Positions 52,201 through 64,000 of a DNA stretch of 64,000 nucleotides are shown in pieces (the stretch's first letter is position 1; every line of letters begins with the position of its first letter). The position numbers and the translations under genes were made by a program. The stretch is from Auanema rhodensis (lineage: Eukaryota > Animalia > Nematoda). The notes below the pieces were generated by a model. The model was not told the origin of the DNA, did no database searches, and saw only the letters and a list, made by a program, of their open reading frames with translations. The stretch lies in NCBI GenBank assembly GCA_964057225.1, contig OZ059898.1, positions 13,020,001 to 13,084,000 on the forward strand, given 5' to 3'.

Positions 52201-54139
52201 ATTGATCCTTTATCTACGAAATCATACAAATTAACTCATGACAAATCGTCTCGCTCTACACTTATTGCTCAAGTTTTTACAACTGGCCATCACATCCAGA
52301 AAATGAAAGCTGTTTTGCCCACGTAAGTCAATAATATTCTATAAAAAACTAATAACTAACTTGTTACTTACAGTGTTTTCACTTTGACAGAAGTTTTAGA
52401 GGAACAATTCTATCTTGACAACGGTAGAGTTCGTACTCAACATGATCCAGCTACGGGTTTCATCATGGTACATCATCTAAATAATATATAAACTTTTCTA
52501 TTCTTCTTTTCAGTTTGTCACTCTGCCAGGAAAAATGAGACAGAAGATGACTACGAGCTTCGTTTCTTACAGCAGTAGAGGAGGAGCATATCTGATGCGT
52601 ATTTCTGGCCAAGCCAAGGTATGATGGTTTTCACTAGTTTTATATTTTTGTTTTTGAAAATTACAGCCATTTGTAACAACACGGATGCCTAAGCTTCTAG
52701 TTAAAGGTCCTATCCAACAATCTGTACATATCTTCTCCAAAATGTTGTATAAGCGAATAGTTGCCAAACTTTTCTCAGGTAAAAATATATTTGAGTTGAG
52801 ATGAATCGTATTGAACAAGCTTTAGGTTCTATGAGTCCACAGCTTGAGTACCATATTCGTATGGATATTAAAGATCTCCAAAATCAAGAAGTAGCTATGC
52901 GTATAGTCACCGATATAGAAAAAAACTCATTCTATTCTGACAGTGTGGGTATGCAGGTAAGCACAGTGATATCCGGCCCATTCAAGCGTTGATGTAACTT
53001 TAGATGATGAGAAGAGAGAATTACAGTTCTTTGTCTGTACAAGCCAATTACTATCCAATGCCAACGGCTGCAGTTCTCGATGGCAGGTAAACACAATAAG
53101 TTTTCGGGCATGTCATACAAACCTTCTCACATTTCAGTTCACAACGGCTTACTGTTGCTTCTAATGTTGAGCATGGAGTGATGTCTATCAAAGATGGAAT
53201 GGAAATTATGATAGGTATTTCGAAAATGAGAAGATTAAGTATATCCCTTTTCTCTATAGATCGTATTCTTAATCAGGATGATGGAAAAGGATTAGGACAA
53301 GAACGAGATTCCTTACCACTTGATCTTTATCCAGTTGATATGCAGTTTTCGCTTCTTTTTGAAAATTATGTAAATAAGGTAAATCTTAATTTCTATCCAT
53401 TTTCAACTTTAAATTAGAGTTCAAACCGAGAGAAATGTCTCTTTTTTCAGAAAACTTCAAATGTTGGTGCTCACTACACTGCCCATTCAGCAGCTGGACT
53501 GCTCTCTGTCCAGAACATGCTCTATCCTCCTATTACTTCTCTTGCCATAGGTTCGTTTCTACATGTCTATCTTGTCTTTTCGTTCTCTATTTTTCCTTTT
53601 CGCTCTCACTCTCTTACCTCCTCTTCTTCTCCCTTCAACCTTCTCAGAATTCTAATCTCTTCCCCTCATCCCCTCGTTTACGTCTTATTCCTGCACTTCC
53701 TTAAAAGGCTTGCTTCTTTCAAAAACACATGTCCAATCATTTTTACGTTTTTCGTTTAAGAACGTCCATCAGATGATATACCGGAATTCGAACAACTACC
53801 ATGCGACTACCAGCTGCTGACTAATCGTGATATTGGCTCCGGAAAAAAATTGTTGACGATTTTCAGGAACGGAATAGCAGAAGGATTTGCTACTCCAGCT
53901 GAATGCGGAGTACAATCTCTGGTTAGTTTTTAGAGAATTAATTAGCTATTAAACATGAAAGAAATTATATTTCTATTTTTCTTCAGACAGCTATTCGTCA
54001 ATATTTATCTCGTATGGGTGTTACACGCGTAAGAAAATCCAATCTCAGTGGTACTGACGAATCAGAACCAGAGACGAATGTTAATCAGTTGGTAATAGAT
54101 TTGCAACCATTCCGTTTTCTAAGTCTGATAGTCACTTAG
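49260..54139 (+). CDS. GH38 class II alpha-mannosidase, type II membrane Golgi-like (more AMAN-3-like than AMAN-2-like)
   Basis: Basic cytosolic tail and TM (RRRFRFLLTFVVALTLTATLAY); PFTHVDPGW (metal HxD); GRLEMASGSWVMTDEA; WSNDPFG (nucleophile Asp); HGDDFRF; WTGYYTTRPFYK; FQHHDAITGT; DRILNQDDGKGLGQ. TAG at 54137-54139. Confidence 0.93.
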
Positions 54140-54652
54140 TTCTATATATACTATAAGCTTTAACGGGTAAAATAATTGTTTTTACATGTATTGAAAGTGG
54201 CATACACCGCTTTGTTCTTGTCCCTCTAGTCAGTATAATTTATTGTTCTCTCCATCGATTTGTTGCCTATTTGCTCATTTTGAGTCTGTGATATTACATA
54301 TAATTATTATAGAAGTTTATTAAACTACTAGTAAGGAATGATTTTGTTTTACAAAAAAAAAACTGTCAACATAACATAAACTAAATAGATCATGCCAATA
54401 TTAGTTCATTTTAATAATGAAAAAAAATTGAGAAGTTAATACAACGAACGGTGAAGGCCACTACAGTGCACATTCTAAGCAGTTGAGCAGTGAACAAGAT
54501 GAGTTTTATTCAGGCATCTTCACCAATTAACTTCCTGCAAAGGAGAACACTTTGATCTCGGAAAACAGAAAGAAAACTGCTCGAATTAAAGCGCGCCACA
54601 CTACAAACGACTGTCACCTAAGGTTAATATATGGACAATAGATAGCAGCACT

Positions 54653-55025
54653 TCATTCGGCTTTTTCAACTTGGGCAGCGTACTTCTGATTTGAAGTCCT
54701 CTGGCGTGGTCCCATTCCAAACTGCAATGATTCAATTGAATAGCAAGAGATAGATAGCGAAATGGAACTTTAAAGTAGTTGAGTTATGTACAAACATGAG
54801 AAGCTGAGAGAGTGAGTGGCTCGCAGTATCATATCGATACATATGTCAAAACATCAAAGGACGAAAACTCACTTTAGCGAAAACGGTCTGATCATCATCC
54901 TTGCTAACACAACACCATAGAATACAGGTAACAGATATAATGAAGACGATGGAGAAGAAGCAGAGCCAAACAGCAACAACTCCAAAGTAATCAATAACGT
55001 CAAGTTGTTGCTTAAGATCAACCAT
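54653..55025 (-). CDS. 73-aa single-pass membrane microprotein, 2 coding exons
   Basis: TTTCAG|ATG at 55025; exon 1 MVDLKQQLDVIDYFGVVAVWLCFFSIVFIISVTCILWCCVSKDDDQTVFAK; GT-AG intron 54722-54872; exon 2 FGMGPRQRTSNQKYAAQVEKAE*. Confidence 0.8.
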
Positions 55026-56942
55026 CTGAAAACAAAATAGTAATTTCAGGAAAGTATTCAGAAAACAAGAAAAAAAGAAGCTCAAACGAAAAAAATACAT
55101 ATCGTAAGGTAAATGTTTTACAATTTTAAACGAAGAAGAGACGAATAAGTCTCAAAGCTAGCGGCAGTAAATTTGTATAGACGAAGCGCGGAGGCAGAAC
55201 AAAGCTAGAAAATAAACAGAAGTGAAATCGGATCGATTCAATATTAGCTAACAAAGCTTTGAACATGCTCAAGAAATTTGTGAATAAATGCTGTATAAAT
55301 TCTTGTAACTAAGGAAGTTGAAAGCTACTTCAATCAACTGATGAAGCCAGAAATTATCAGAAAAACACATTGGCATGACCAAATCTGAAAAAAGATGCGC
55401 ATAAGAGCTTCAAAAATTTTTCCAAGGCTTCTTCAAAACACAAATTATTATGCTCATCGTATGTTGTAGTAAAAGAACAGAATTAAAGCTTGTCTGAAAG
55501 AGCCATTTGAGTTCGACTAAAAGGTTGCTCGCAAGCGGAGGACCCCGATGAGAGCGATCGATATCCGCGCGGCTGCTGGCAGCTAGCACAACTACACACC
55601 CCTTGGAAATATATGCAAAGCCCAAGTCGACCAGCTTAATGTTGGTTCTAGTGATAAACAAAACAGAGGAAATCTAAGAAATATCAATAATTCGCACAAG
55701 AATTTCGCAATTCACAGAAAAATGAAATAAGCAGCTCGCAGGACCTTATGAAATGAGGGTGAATGCTGGAATCATTGTAGATACGAGAAATGACTGCCCG
55801 TTGCAAAAATTAAGATTTGGGGAAGGCGTTGCACATGGTAGATATAAGAATAACATTACATCAAAAGCTTTAAGCTTAGCAAAGTGAAGCAAATGAGAAA
55901 TGTTTTGCGGCTTAAATGTATTTTGTTCACCCAGCGATGATGACGAGGGTATGAATATTGAAATGACCATGGCACTTTGCGATAGAGGAATAGAATTTCT
56001 ACATGTATACTATTCCAGTAACAGATGCTTTAAGATAGACGTGAAGAGAAAAAATATAACGGAAGCGAGAAATTCGTGCTAGTAAGAGTTTAAAGGCTTA
56101 TTTAAAAAGAATGCAACTACTAAGAAAACGTTGGATGTCATAGATCAAACTCTGTCCAAGCGGACACTGAAATATTATTTACCAAGCTAACTCTCAGGTG
56201 CAAAATAATATTTACTGGAAAAATTTTATAAACATCACTTTTCCTGCTAATAAAACAAAGCAAAAACAAGCATACGAGGACTTTCAGCAATTGAAGCCGG
56301 AATACTGCCACGAACAAAGAGAACATTTCTAACTGGAAGGGAAAAAACAAAACCAATAAAAAATCCTACAGTTTCGTTCCAATGTTTTTGGGAAACTACA
56401 GGGAATTCGTTTCTGGATTGAAAAAGCTATTGATCTGCAGCCCGAGACTGAAAGCAACCGCTCTACACATCTGCAGCGAGCAGAATAAAAGAATGGCAGA
56501 CGTCTGAGTATTGGCTTGGTAACGCGCTTTCCCTCCCTAAGACAATGGTCAAACTTATAAGTAAGAAAATTAGTTCAAATAACTTAAATACAGCGAAAAG
56601 TTAAAAAAAGCTGAAGATCTTACTCTACAAGAGATTATTTGAAATTCTCAAACAAAGCACTCTCAGGAATAGCAGTTAATTCGCATCACTTGCAAATTTA
56701 AAATGGAAATCGGTGAAAACTTTTAATTTTCAAATCAGCTACGCTCTATCTATACTGAAATTAAAATATTAAATTTAACATTGTTTCTGCTTCTACTCCT
56801 CTTAAACTACTGTAACCTGTACGTGGGTTCGTATGACATTTTTGACCGCACGCGCAAATATTGCAATTTTATGCTTTGAATTAAGTCTGAAGTTAATATT
56901 TTCTAAAATTGTTCAATTTGGAGCTTTATAGGATTAGAATAG

Positions 56943-62705
<5,763 letters not shown>

Positions 62706-62876
62706 ATATTTATGGCAAAAGATGATTTAAGTTGTTATTTTGTTGTTGCTAATTGTTATTGCTCGTTGTTGTTTTCAATATAATTTTATAATATTTTTTT
62801 TAATTTTAAAAGTGGTTTACAGCAATTTCATACCGAACATAGTTATTCTTCGTATTTCACGGCTTTTCAGATTTTT

Positions 62877-63440
62877 ATGCTCGGTACTTTACCACTGTTT
62901 CGATTGCTTCTGGCACTATATGTTCTTTATTATTTCTTATTAGTTTGCTTCGGTGCTCCTTTATTGTCTGACATTCACGTAAGTTCACTGCCACCTGATG
63001 TCGTGCAAGTGTCATCGTTCAGGCTACATTCCGTTTGTCCACTGTTCTAGTCGTTTTAACTACAGTTCCTATCTTCCTTGCGTTCGATAAAGAAGTGACT
63101 GTAGCTGACATTGTCAGGCCATTATCGTCAGTCTTCTTATAATTCTATATCATAATCATCGAGATGATTTCAGCAAATCCAGCAAAAGTTTAGTGCGTTG
63201 TAAATTCGCGGTGATTGCAACTCTTATTGGTTGTTGGCTTGGTGCTTTTGTTATTCCTCTTGATTGGGATCGCTGGTGGCAGGTATATAGAACCATACGT
63301 TGAAGTTATGATAAAGCAACGTGTTACAGAGATACCCATACCCTAATTTGATTGGAAGTTTTATTGGCTTTTTAGCCGGCGTAGTCAGTGGAGAACTATT
63401 CTTAGTGTTTAATCCACGTACCAAGTTCGCACTTGAATAA
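62877..63440 (+). CDS. pigf-1: GPI biosynthesis protein PIG-F/Gpi11, about 141 aa, 4 exons
   Basis: TTTTCAG acceptor ending at 62870 then ATG 62877; CFGAPLL and GCWLGAFVIPLDWDRWWQRYP signature of PIG-F; TAA at 63438-63440. Absent from the ORF track. Confidence 0.88.
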
Positions 63441-63487
63441 GGCACACGAGTACATGGTTCTTCAAAACAGTTTTTTTATACTTTTAG

Positions 63488-64000
63488 ATGTCAGCAATAC
63501 GTCCAACCTCGGTTTCAACCAGTTCCCTGCATTCCGATGATTCTTCTTATACTGTTTCAAACGAGTAAAATATTTCATAACATCTCAGAAAGGTCAACTC
63601 AACATTCTTCCAGAGGTGTCGTTTTTGATCAATTCAAATTAGCTGACGTACCTAAGCTGAAATCAATTTTCCTTGCTGTTTTTGATAACAAATTTGGGCC
63701 AAAAATTATTTTCCAGGTAACTGACAAATAACGGTAGTTTTCAAACGAAAATCTGATGTGTCATTTCTTAGGTCCCCGAAGTAATTGTTACTGACAAAAA
63801 ATTTTCCTCATTTTCACCCGCTATTATTCCAAAAAATGAGTTACTAAACAAATTAATTAAAATTAACTTAGTCGAGTATAATGTTATTGGCTATCCTATT
63901 ATGATTCGTAAGTATTTTTCTTTTCGATTTTTGTTATATTGAATCAAAATTCAGAATCTCAAACGACGTATGAACGAGGAAAGCTCTTGTTTAATCTATG
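63488..64000 (+). CDS. nprl-2: GATOR1 subunit NPRL2, 5' part (runs off window)
   Basis: TTTTAG|ATG at 63488; longin-domain motifs IFLAVFDNKFGPKIIFQVP, IIPKNEL, VIGYPIMI and YERGKLLFNL (the YxRxxLxFNL arginine-finger segment). Confidence 0.88.

Noticed and set aside
55568-55581. rRNA gene fragment
   Set aside because: The match stops at 14 nt and the flanks are not rRNA; kept only as a low-confidence antisense observation.

Overview
Eukaryotic, AT-rich genomic DNA, very likely from a nematode. The inference rests on TTTCAG-type acceptors, many ~43-55 nt introns, nematode-type MLT-10 and NPAX genes, and operon-like gene spacing; the species cannot be determined. The ORF track is mostly exon fragments or microsatellite artefacts, so gene models were spliced by hand and internal exon edges are approximate. 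Twelve protein genes, in order: NPAX-type paired-domain factor (+), ags-3 TPR/GoLoco (+), modular secreted Thr/Gly-rich protein (+), PHF3/DIDO-like TFIIS-M+SPOC protein without a visible PHD (+), secreted antistasin/WAP-like protein (+), MLT-10-family moulting protein (-), carboxylesterase-fold protein lacking the catalytic Ser and His (+), GH38 Golgi-type alpha-mannosidase (+), a 73-aa single-pass membrane protein (-), and a tight co-oriented cluster rpc-1 / PIG-F / NPRL2 (+, the last cut by the window end). A decayed, internally deleted mariner lies between the MLT-10 and esterase genes. Two gene-poor, GA/CT-microsatellite-rich blocks occupy about 1-9 kb and 42.8-49.2 kb. No tRNA, rRNA or CRISPR features were seen. 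I found no clearly new multi-gene system. The best leads are the intact pseudo-esterase, a dispersed ACGT dyad motif phased at 11-12 bp, the all-phase-1 modular secreted gene, the 47-nt PIG-F/NPRL2 junction and several structured introns.
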